From a virus: a DNA stretch of 64,000 nt. Every line of letters begins with the position of its first letter. Position 1 is the stretch's first letter. Shown piece after piece: positions 37,582 to 45,486 of this stretch. Made by a program: the position numbers and the translations under genes. Where the stretch lies: IMG/VR virus record IMGVR_UViG_3300025121_000038, positions 1 through 64,000 of that record, one strand, 5' to 3'. Below the pieces are notes generated by a model. It worked only from the letters and a program-made list of their open reading frames with translations, searched no databases and was not told where the DNA came from.

Positions 37582-38499
37582 TTGCCAAATAACATTTCTA
37601 CACGCACTAGGATTTGTCCAAATTGTCAAAACTCATATCTCTTAAATGTGACTATTGACGGAGAACGAATAGCCCTCCACAAACGTAAATATTGCTTAGA
37701 TTGTTCTCCTTTTATCAAAGGTAGCAACAAAATAAGTAACCGAAAGACCTTAGAAAAACACAACAAGTCTGAATCTTTTTGCAAAGAATGTAACTCAATA
37801 AAACCTATAGATCAATTCTATTTTAGGCACAGTGGACTACCCTTGTCTATCTGTAAAAAATGTCATCACGAAGAATCTAAACAACAAACTAAATCTTATA
37901 AGGAGCAGGCAGTCGCTTATAAAGGCGGATCCTGCGAGCTTTGTAATTATAGCAAATGTTTAGATGCAATGGACTTTCATCACAAAGACCCTACTCAAAA
38001 AGATTTCACTTTTAGTAGAAGATTTCCATGTTTCAAAACAGCTAAACCAGAACTCGATAAATGTATGCTCTTATGTGCCAACTGTCACCGCGAAGAACAT
38101 CAGCGTATGGCAGACATAGATTTTAAAAATTCTGACCACGGGCAGCTTGACCCATTAGGCCATAGATGTCGTAGATGCAACCTACATAAAACTATAAATT
38201 CTTTCCCTATAGATAAAGGAATACCAAAACCTTGGTGTAAGTCATGTACTCGTTTATATGGTAGACAAGGTAGAGCAAAAATCAAACAAGAAATTATCTC
38301 CTATAAAGGAGGGGTTTGTGAAATATGCTCCTATAACAAAAACATTGCTGCATTAGATTTACATCACAAAGACCCAACTCAAAAATCTTTTGGCATTGCC
38401 GAAATGAGAGATAAATATCTCTCTGAAATCAAAGATGAGGTAGATAAGTGCATTTTAACCTGTGTAAACTGCCATAGAGAACAACACGTTAAACCTTAA
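37582..38499 (+). CDS. Double-HNH endonuclease inserted into the 5' end of tuf
   Basis: Two YKGG.C..C.Y...HHKDPTQK.F...DKC.L.C.NCHRE.H units; same family as 25304..26155. Confidence 0.85.
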   Translation: MPNNISTRTRICPNCQNSYLLNVTIDGERIALHKRKYCLDCSPFIKGSNKISNRKTLEKHNKSESFCKECNSIKPIDQFYFRHSGLPLSICKKCHHEESKQQTKSYKEQAVAYKGGSCELCNYSKCLDAMDFHHKDPTQKDFTFSRRFPCFKTAKPELDKCMLLCANCHREEHQRMADIDFKNSDHGQLDPLGHRCRRCNLHKTINSFPIDKGIPKPWCKSCTRLYGRQGRAKIKQEIISYKGGVCEICSYNKNIAALDLHHKDPTQKSFGIAEMRDKYLSEIKDEVDKCILTCVNCHREQHVKP

Positions 38500-38542
38500 T
38501 CTCCACGTGTCCTACCGTCCCTGTGTTAACATGAGTCTTCAT
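38489..38542 (-). pseudogene. tuf: Displaced original N-terminus of EF-Tu (MKTHVNTGTVGHVE...)
   Basis: AAGGA RBS then ATG AAG ACT CAT GTT AAC ACA GGG ACG GTA GGA CAC GTG GA, matching the EF-Tu HVNxGTxGHVD motif. Confidence 0.85.
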
Positions 38543-38569
38543 AAGGTCCTTTCTAGGTTTTTTGATTAT

Positions 38570-38630
38570 GCAAACATTTGGATTCGAACCCTTGACCTAT
38601 TTAGTCATCATACCTATCTCATATGTCTGC
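38570..38630 (-). ncRNA. Mini tRNA-like RNA (T-loop plus closing stem)
   Basis: GCAGACAT/ATGTTTGC stem with GG-TTCGAAT-CC; starts right after a CCA. Confidence 0.45.
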
Positions 38631-38709
38631 TGGTGCCGGAAGTGGGGTTCGAACCCACACTGTCCACCTTCTGAAGATGGCGACTCCTTGCCAATTGGTC
38701 TATTCCGGC
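38631..38709 (-). tRNA. tRNA-Leu(CAG), short variable loop
   Basis: CCATC-TTCAGAA-GGTGG, 5-nt variable loop ACAGT, ACCA. Confidence 0.88.
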
Positions 38710-38715
38710 ATATAT

Positions 38716-39176
38716 TTATTCTACTGTCGTAACATAAGTACGAACAATACGTTCATATCTCTCAAGCCTTACTAACTTTATTCTGATATTATTTTTCTCC
38801 CCAAATTCGACAGCTCGTTGTTTCAACAATTGTAACACTCTTTGATTTCTTAGAGTAAAGTCTCCTTCATCTTCTGTATCTGAGCTAAAAAGATTGCTAC
38901 ATCTTTGCAACCTTCTCCAGTTATAGTACAAACAACAGACCCGTATTCACTATACACATAATCGAGTTCAAATATGGGATCATACTCTTTAGATTCTGGA
39001 AAATGCTTATGCCAGAATTTCTTGGCATCCTTTGCATATTTCTCACATTTCCCATGGTAGTGTTCGCCAACATAACCAGTAAGATATGAGGTCATATCTC
39101 GTTCGAAATTACCAGCATAACTGTCCGTCTCTATGATCAATGCCTGTGATATTTGTTTTGCAAAATTTGATACCAT
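38716..39176 (-). CDS. Hypothetical protein, possibly frameshifted across two overlapping ORFs
   Basis: ORFs 38850..39176 (GGAGG RBS) and 38716..38931 overlap by 82 nt in different frames. Confidence 0.45.
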
Positions 39177-39344
39177 TTAATCCTCCATCAGATCATACCA
39201 GGAAACAATAGGCTGAGCAAAAGCTTTCAAGTTAGACATGTACGTATCTAACTGACCTTTCAATCTAATTCTTTCTTCATCTTCCAATCCAAACTGGATT
39301 GCGTCTTCTAATGAGTCATGTTCACTAGAAGATCCATTCTCTTG

Positions 39345-39539
39345 TCAGCCCCATCCAGTATAATCACAACCAGCTCTGACTACACCATATTTGCCATTCT
39401 GAAGACAAAATAGACCTATCCAATTAGGTCCATCATTATCTCCATCTTCTTGAGCTATAGACTCAATGACGTCTTCTCTTGAAAAAGAAGCATATTTGAA
39501 AACTTCTGCCCAATCGGAATCGTCAATATCTAATATCAT
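39345..39539 (-). CDS. Hypothetical protein
   Basis: GGAGG RBS directly after a tRNA CCA. Confidence 0.6.
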   Translation of the reverse strand: MILDIDDSDWAEVFKYASFSREDVIESIAQEDGDNDGPNWIGLFCLQNGKYGVVRAGCDYTGWG

Positions 39540-39548
39540 AAATCCTCC

Positions 39549-39625
39549 TGGTGCCTCTCCTCAGATTTGAACTGAGACTGTGTAGATTTTGAGTCTACTG
39601 ACTCTAACCGTTGGTCTAGAGAGGC
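39549..39625 (-). tRNA. tRNA-Leu(CAA), short variable loop
   Basis: GTAGA-CTCAAAA-TCTAC, 5-nt variable loop ACAGT, ACCA. Confidence 0.88.
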
Positions 39626-39821
39626 TTTTAAGGGAATAGGTTATCACCCTTTATGCACGAATCAACCTAGACGTGCTTTCAGAAATTGATTGATCGGAAC
39701 CAATTTCCACAATGTCCCTCGTTCTATCCGATCCTGAGTATTAAACTACATCCGCAACTATGGGCATAATGCCGTGTCTCAAACCGGATGCCAGGATTTC
39801 ATACCTGGATTAAGGGCCTAA

Positions 39822-39904
39822 TGCGAGAGGTGGGATTCGAACCCACACGATCTTTCGATCGCCAGCCCCTCAAGCTGGTGCGGCTACCATTACGCCACTC
39901 TCGC
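39822..39904 (-). tRNA. tRNA-Leu(GAG), long variable arm
   Basis: CCAGC-TTGAGGG-GCTGG, CGATCGAAAGATCG arm, A73; no CCA. Confidence 0.9.
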
Positions 39905-39908
39905 ATAT

Positions 39909-40232
39909 TTATCGTCTGCTGCTTCGAAATCTGGGTCTAGGATCATGAACGTGTGAACCTTTTTTATCCAAAACAGTCACAATAGCTTTTTCTATACATA
40001 CGAAAACACAATCATCACTAACATAGAAACTATATTTTCTATCATAACCATACCGTTCACCAAGATAAATCATGAAAGGAGTGTTATTCAAATATGTTCT
40101 GTCTTCTTTAGACCTTTTATATAATTCAACAGCCACTGCTTTATATACGTCGCCATCAAATTCATCAACCTTTTTTGGAAACCGTTCTTTAAATCGATTT
40201 AAGGCATGATATCTAAAACTAAAAGACTTCAT
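39909..40232 (-). CDS. Hypothetical protein (HA..RF.ER motif, possible RelE-like fold)
   Basis: 107-aa ORF. Confidence 0.55.
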   Translation of the reverse strand: MKSFSFRYHALNRFKERFPKKVDEFDGDVYKAVAVELYKRSKEDRTYLNNTPFMIYLGERYGYDRKYSFYVSDDCVFVCIEKAIVTVLDKKGSHVHDPRPRFRSSRR

Positions 40233-40411
40233 TTCAGTCTACCAAGTTTTTAGTGTTCCTTCTACTTTTAATCTTTCATGATCAGACATCTTGTACCACA
40301 AAACATCCAGTTCATCTAGCAAATCATCTTCCTCTTTTGAATCGATTCCGTTATTCTTTCTACGTATCTCTAAAACTTGTTTTGCTAATGCTAAACATGC
40401 CTCAACTAACA

Positions 40412-41167
40412 TCATATCTCCACAACGAAGTCAGATATAAAACCTGACTTCTCTTTAGGGTAACCTCGGGGGTTAGACACAATCCTAGTCTGTCCTAACA
40501 TGTAATCATTATGATCATGTATATGACCGTGTATCCATAACTCAGGTTTAAAGGTTTCGATATATGTCTCCATGTTAGAGGCATATGTTGGAGACAACTC
40601 ATCGGATTTCCACCCAGGCTCTAAAGACTTGGCACTTGGAGCATGATGTGTAATAACAACCTTCTTACCTGTATACGAACTATCTATCTGTTTTTCCAAC
40701 CAAGATTTAGAAAATGCATTTATAGCTGCTGTATCTCTTGTCCTAAGTTTCCTAAAGTCTGAACTAACACGTATTTTTCTGTAGTCATTCATTCGATCTT
40801 GAGCGGCAGTATAACTAGAGACCGAAGTACCAAAAAGATCAAAATCTGTCCAAAGGGTACACCCATAAAATCTGGTATTATCAATATCTATGAACTCATT
40901 CTCTAAAAAGATTACGTTCGAGGTTTTGGACGCAGCCTCTCTCAATTTCTCAGCAAACCTAGGATAAGAGTTACTATAATACTCATGATTACCCGCTATG
41001 TATAGGACCATCTGATTTGGGAAAGACTCAGATGCCCAGAGAATGCCTCGTATACCCTCAATAGTATCACCCGCCAATATGACCACATCTGCGTCTGTAT
41101 TGACAGGTTTATACCAGTGATTGGTAATCCCTATATGTAAGTCTGACATTATCTGTATCTTCACCAT
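40412..41167 (-). CDS. Calcineurin-like metallophosphoesterase
   Basis: SDLH, AGD, GNHE, THH.P, HGHIH. Confidence 0.9.
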   Translation of the reverse strand: MVKIQIMSDLHIGITNHWYKPVNTDADVVILAGDTIEGIRGILWASESFPNQMVLYIAGNHEYYSNSYPRFAEKLREAASKTSNVIFLENEFIDIDNTRFYGCTLWTDFDLFGTSVSSYTAAQDRMNDYRKIRVSSDFRKLRTRDTAAINAFSKSWLEKQIDSSYTGKKVVITHHAPSAKSLEPGWKSDELSPTYASNMETYIETFKPELWIHGHIHDHNDYMLGQTRIVSNPRGYPKEKSGFISDFVVEI

Positions 41168-41180
41168 TGCCCCATAAAAT

Positions 41181-41215
41181 AAAAAGCCCGTCTTCTGTAT
41201 TAGAAGTACGGGCTC
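41181..41215 (-). terminator. Intrinsic terminator
   Basis: GAGCCCGTACTTCT...AGAAGACGGGCTTTTTATTTT. Confidence 0.75.
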
Positions 41216-41580
41216 TTAAAGGTCTCAATCTTAACAAGATCCTCTAAGGCCCTCCATCCAACAGATCTTCCAGAGATAGGAAGATCTGTTCTAAACTATC
41301 TAACGATAGCGAATATGGAATGGTAAGAGATATAGGTACGGAATTAATCATGTAGGCTTAAACTGTTCTTCTGTCGAGAAAGTTGTATCAAGGTCAAAAG
41401 ATTTATTCAGAAGGATCTAACAAAAGTTTCTCTAATTCATTAGCTGCTTCAACAGACAAGAATATGGTTGGGACTTGTGTCATACCTGAAACAGCTTTTA
41501 AATACACGGTCCTATATGAAACACCTATACCATGTATAGTAGGGCCGATAGCTAATACATGTTCTGGGTCTATTAGAAAA

Positions 41581-41850
41581 TCACTTACTTGTACAAACAT
41601 TATTATCCTCTATATGTAGTTCTATGCGTTTATCTAATTTTCCGCCTACGGCTTTCAAAATAGTGTTTATAGTTTCATATGCTCCAGAAGATGTTAGTTT
41701 TTGGTTATCTTTGGCATTTACAGAGAGACGTAAAGTCAAAAAAGACCCCTCATCAACTAAAGAGGAATGAACTTCTGCCGGGCTGTCTACTATAGACTTG
41801 ACTAGTTGTTCAAGAAGCTTATCTGGGTTCATGTTTAATATGATTGTCAA
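41581..41850 (-). CDS. KH-domain (KhpA-like) protein
   Basis: LLEQLVKSIVDSP.EV...L.LSV...D...TI.TIL.AVG; GxxG loop degenerate. Confidence 0.65.
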   Translation of the reverse strand: MTIILNMNPDKLLEQLVKSIVDSPAEVHSSLVDEGSFLTLRLSVNAKDNQKLTSSGAYETINTILKAVGGKLDKRIELHIEDNNVCTSK

Positions 41851-42409
41851 GAGCGTTTAATATTATTTTCCAGATGTAAGTACCAATAGGAGCGGGAGGT
41901 TTTAAAATGTTATTACCTACTGCCAATTCTTGACTAGTAGGCAACCCTCCAAACCAATTAGCAACATTAATAGCTGGTTCCCAAGTATCCCACCCAGCTA
42001 TCCACATTTCTACACATAAAGCACGTATGTCAACATGCTTTATCTTTTCTTGCATAGCATGTGTAGGCGGCCATGTAAAACCCAGTGCGGTATGGACTCT
42101 GGCTTCCCACTTTTCTTCAATGGCACAGTAGTCTGGAAGTACTTCTTTCAAACCTTTCGGTAAATCGTTTATATAACTCTCGTGTAGATCATGGGCAGCA
42201 CAATAAGCTATCTCTTCTACAGAGTACCCGTATAGCTGAGATAGGCCCGTGCATATAGCACTATGTTGCATAATGCTTACGAGGTTTTGACCGGAGTACC
42301 TTATATTACGTTGACCGGCGTATATGTCTTCTAAAAGAATTTGAGTTTTCTCTGGGTATAGATACCAAATAGGTTGGCCAGAGGCAGTTCGTATGTTTGT
42401 TTTTTGCAT
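41819..42409 (-). CDS. HD-domain phosphohydrolase (YfbR/DatZ-like)
   Basis: RYSG...S..QHS...HDLHESY..DLP..LK...D...L..E. Confidence 0.8.
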   Translation of the reverse strand: MQKTNIRTASGQPIWYLYPEKTQILLEDIYAGQRNIRYSGQNLVSIMQHSAICTGLSQLYGYSVEEIAYCAAHDLHESYINDLPKGLKEVLPDYCAIEEKWEARVHTALGFTWPPTHAMQEKIKHVDIRALCVEMWIAGWDTWEPAINVANWFGGLPTSQELAVGNNILKPPAPIGTYIWKIILNALDNHIKHEPR

Positions 42410-42482
42410 GTGTTTCCTTTTAATTTTAATATCTTATCAAGGAAACATGCAAAAAAGAAAGGCTTATATAAATGTAGGAATA

Positions 42483-42806
42483 TTAGACAGAGAAGCTCTC
42501 TCCACACCCACAAGATTTGGTAGCATTAGGGTTCAGAAACTTAAACCCTGTTTCCATTAATGACTCTACATAATCTAATGTAGTACCAGATAAATATATG
42601 TGACTTTTAGGATCTACGAATATTTTAAGTCCTTCAATGTCCCATATTAAATCGTCTTCCTCTGGGTCCTCCGCAAACTCTATTAAATAGCTTAAACCCG
42701 AACAACCACCCCCACGGACACCTATCTTAAGTCCGTAATGCGGTATATTATCTTGTTCTTTGAGATATTTGATTTTAGTCGATGCTTTAGGAGTGATATT
42801 TATCAT
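42483..42806 (-). CDS. iscA: A-type Fe-S carrier (IscA/HesB)
   Basis: GGGCSGLSY...F.NPNA..SCGCGESF. Confidence 0.93.
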   Translation of the reverse strand: MINITPKASTKIKYLKEQDNIPHYGLKIGVRGGGCSGLSYLIEFAEDPEEDDLIWDIEGLKIFVDPKSHIYLSGTTLDYVESLMETGFKFLNPNATKSCGCGESFSV

Positions 42807-43186
42807 TTGATTTGTTTCTTCTTGTAGTCAGTTATAGCTGCTAATATGGCATCTTGAGACAACACACTGCAATGAATTTTTACAGGAGGAAGAGACAACT
42901 CTTGAGCTATTTCTTGATTGGATATTTTTGAAGCTTGGTCTAAACTCTTACCATTAATTAATTCAGTCACATAACTAGAACTGGATATCATTGCCCCACA
43001 CCCAAAAGCTTTAAACCTTGCCTCTTCTATTATACCTTTCTCATTCACTCGTATTTGTAATTTAAGTAAGTCCCCACAACTCGGAGCGCCTACTAAGCCT
43101 GTACCTACATTTGGGTCAGACTTATCTAAGGATCCTACATTTCTGGGGTTTTCGTAATGGTCTAAAACTTTTTCGCTGTATGCCAT
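42803..43186 (-). CDS. iscU: Fe-S scaffold IscU
   Basis: MAYSEKVLDHYENPRNVG, GAPSCGD, FGCG, LPPVKIHCS. Confidence 0.95.
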   Translation of the reverse strand: MAYSEKVLDHYENPRNVGSLDKSDPNVGTGLVGAPSCGDLLKLQIRVNEKGIIEEARFKAFGCGAMISSSSYVTELINGKSLDQASKISNQEIAQELSLPPVKIHCSVLSQDAILAAITDYKKKQIK

Positions 43187-43399
43187 GGAGGGTCTCCGTA
43201 TATATCGCTTAAACAAAGGTATATACGGAGTATGATTTAAAATAAGGCAGGAAAGTTGCTAAGGATCTCCAGAATCTTTTGAACCACATCCCAAGCCACA
43301 TTTGTCAGCATATTGCACCCAGCTATTGTGTTGAAGGTTGACCAATAACGGGTAAATGTAAGGGCTTTATGGCACAAGTAAAGCAAACTCGTCTAATGA

Positions 43400-43741
43400 C
43401 TATTCATCGTCTAACCGTATTTCTGAAACTTTTTTCCAAGATAAGTTTTTATATACCAAGTCTCTTTCTGGAACATTTAAAACACCATTCTCATCTTCTA
43501 TATTTATTAACTCTGAAATGTCTTCCATAGACAATAAAGTGGTAGATAGAATAGATACTCTTTCTTCAGAAGAAAGAGTATCGAAAACTTGGTCTGTGTA
43601 GTCATAATCATAAGCATCAGATAAGTCTATGTTCCAAGGTACTTCTTTATTCCCGTCATGGGTAGGTATTTCTTGTGTTAAGACATACTCTGTTTTAGAC
43701 AGAATTTTTATCTTTTTGATAGTTCTAAGATCAGGCATCAT
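43400..43741 (-). CDS. Hypothetical protein
   Basis: 113-aa ORF with ATGA overlap. Confidence 0.55.
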   Translation of the reverse strand: MMPDLRTIKKIKILSKTEYVLTQEIPTHDGNKEVPWNIDLSDAYDYDYTDQVFDTLSSEERVSILSTTLLSMEDISELINIEDENGVLNVPERDLVYKNLSWKKVSEIRLDDE

Positions 43742-44376
43742 ATCCTCACAATACTACGCATGAACTTACTGTTGTTGCGTACCGTGTCATCAATTCTATC
43801 CGCAACTTCTTCTACAGATAAATAATTATTCCAATCCAAAGTCAATACAGGCACGAAGTTTCCAATTTCTGAGATAAAAGTTTCATACCCTTCATAAAGA
43901 TCCTCTAAATAAGAGAGTGGTATACCTGCCTCACAATCCCTTGAACGTTTGTTTATTCTTTCCAAGGCTAGCTCTGGGTACACCTTCAAATATACTATAA
44001 CATCAGGGTATTGAAGAAATCTCTTCATGACGTTGAAATGACTTATGTAGGTGTTATAGTCTCTCTCATCCATCAAACAGTCTCTATAATGCATTCTGGC
44101 AAAGATAGTATCTTCATATATAGTACGGTCTTGTACCACACCAGAACCTATTTGATGACATGGATCCCATATTACTTCTTGATGTTGCTGGTATCTTTTA
44201 GCTAAGAGGAACATTTGCATAGGGAAGGTCCATCTAGACATATCCTTGTAAAAGTCTTCTAAGTATGGGTTTGTTTGAACAGGCTCGTAATAAGCTTTAT
44301 AATTTAGATGTTCCGCTAAAGATTTTGTAAGGGTAGACTTACCGACTCCAATCAATCCAGAAATGCCTATAAACAT
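43738..44376 (-). CDS. Deoxynucleoside kinase
   Basis: GLIGVGKST, EP, DRTIYED, RI.KR.R..E. Confidence 0.9.
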   Translation of the reverse strand: MFIGISGLIGVGKSTLTKSLAEHLNYKAYYEPVQTNPYLEDFYKDMSRWTFPMQMFLLAKRYQQHQEVIWDPCHQIGSGVVQDRTIYEDTIFARMHYRDCLMDERDYNTYISHFNVMKRFLQYPDVIVYLKVYPELALERINKRSRDCEAGIPLSYLEDLYEGYETFISEIGNFVPVLTLDWNNYLSVEEVADRIDDTVRNNSKFMRSIVRI

Positions 44377-44427
44377 TAAATCCTCTTATATGGTGGGGTT
44401 CTAACAGCATTTTCTGGTCAGGTAGAA

Positions 44428-44979
44428 TTAGCTCTGATCTTCGAAAGTATCTTCAAAAGATTCAGCACTCACTGAAGTCTCGGTCGGAGTTACAGACTTA
44501 CGTAAAATACCTTTCAGATCCTCCTCATAAACTGCCTTCATGATCTGGTAAGCATCCCGTAATTCGTCAAGGACGAGTCCGTTTCTCTTTATAACGTCTG
44601 GGTAAAACGCAATAGGGTAAGGGATTGACCAATAATGCATGTCTCCGCCCTTGTCGTCTTCTTCTCCTGTAATACCAGACAACAAAGTATCTACCCAGTA
44701 TCGTCTTTGAGCTACAGAATATTCCTGCCATATATCATATCCAAACTCTAATACTAAGTCTTTCTTAGTTAGAAGTTCATACTTTCCAGCTCCCATCTTA
44801 GTAAAATTGCCGGGTATTACTTGAGTAGTTTCTCCATCTAGGGTCAGATTTTTTCTAGATGCTTTATCTTTGAAAAGATACGCAATCTTAGCGCTCGCCA
44901 AATATGGATGAGCGTTGGCAATTAGATCTTCAGCTAGTTCTTTTAATTCGTCACTTTCCCAATAATCAGCCATTGTCAT
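44428..44979 (-). CDS. Hypothetical protein (phage metallopeptidase-like fold, catalytic motif absent)
   Basis: H..L..AKI.YLF...W.......R...VD pattern; no HExxH. Confidence 0.5.
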   Translation of the reverse strand: MTMADYWESDELKELAEDLIANAHPYLASAKIAYLFKDKASRKNLTLDGETTQVIPGNFTKMGAGKYELLTKKDLVLEFGYDIWQEYSVAQRRYWVDTLLSGITGEEDDKGGDMHYWSIPYPIAFYPDVIKRNGLVLDELRDAYQIMKAVYEEDLKGILRKSVTPTETSVSAESFEDTFEDQS

Positions 44980-45416
44980 TTTCTCCTGACACGTAATGCT
45001 CGTTGTTTGTTTTCGATAACTGCTAGTAAGTATGATACTTCATCGCCTATTGTAAAATCATCATACATTACATCCGCAAAGTGGAAAAACACGTCTCCTT
45101 TTGTAGAACCTACAAATCCATATCCTAGATTGTCAAACTTTTTGGTTATTAATCCGATTTGGGTTGGAAGTGTTAAAGGATTTAGTCTTCTAACCCTTAG
45201 AGCTGAAGGTCCACGCCTAAAGTCATGTAGATCATATTCTACAAGCTCTCCAGGAATCAAAATGTCAGAAGGGTCTCCTTCATTCTCTAATATATTAGAG
45301 ACATGAACGAATACATCTGCATCTAAGGTCTGAATATATCCAGAAGTATCTTGAGAAGATTTATGGATAAATCCACTTCCGTTTTTTGTTTTGAATGATT
45401 TGACTTTTCCGAACAC
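44976..45416 (-). CDS. Tandem cold-shock-domain protein
   Basis: G.VK.F....G.GFI/DVFVH and GYGFV/DVFFH (RNP1/RNP2 twice). Confidence 0.85.
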   Translation of the reverse strand: MFGKVKSFKTKNGSGFIHKSSQDTSGYIQTLDADVFVHVSNILENEGDPSDILIPGELVEYDLHDFRRGPSALRVRRLNPLTLPTQIGLITKKFDNLGYGFVGSTKGDVFFHFADVMYDDFTIGDEVSYLLAVIENKQRALRVRRK

Positions 45417-45486
45417 TGATACCTCGTTCTAGAAAAAAGCGTCTACGGTAGGTTACAACAATAAAGATTAGATTGGATATGGAATT

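Noticed and set aside
37481-38501. Group I or II intron in tuf
   Set aside because: No intron core is visible, the insert is nearly filled by an antisense ORF, and downstream tuf has its own RBS, ATG and complete G1 motif.
18335-39904. CRISPR array
   Set aside because: The recurring short repeats are tRNA T-arms and CCA ends; there is no constant repeat-spacer period and no cas gene.
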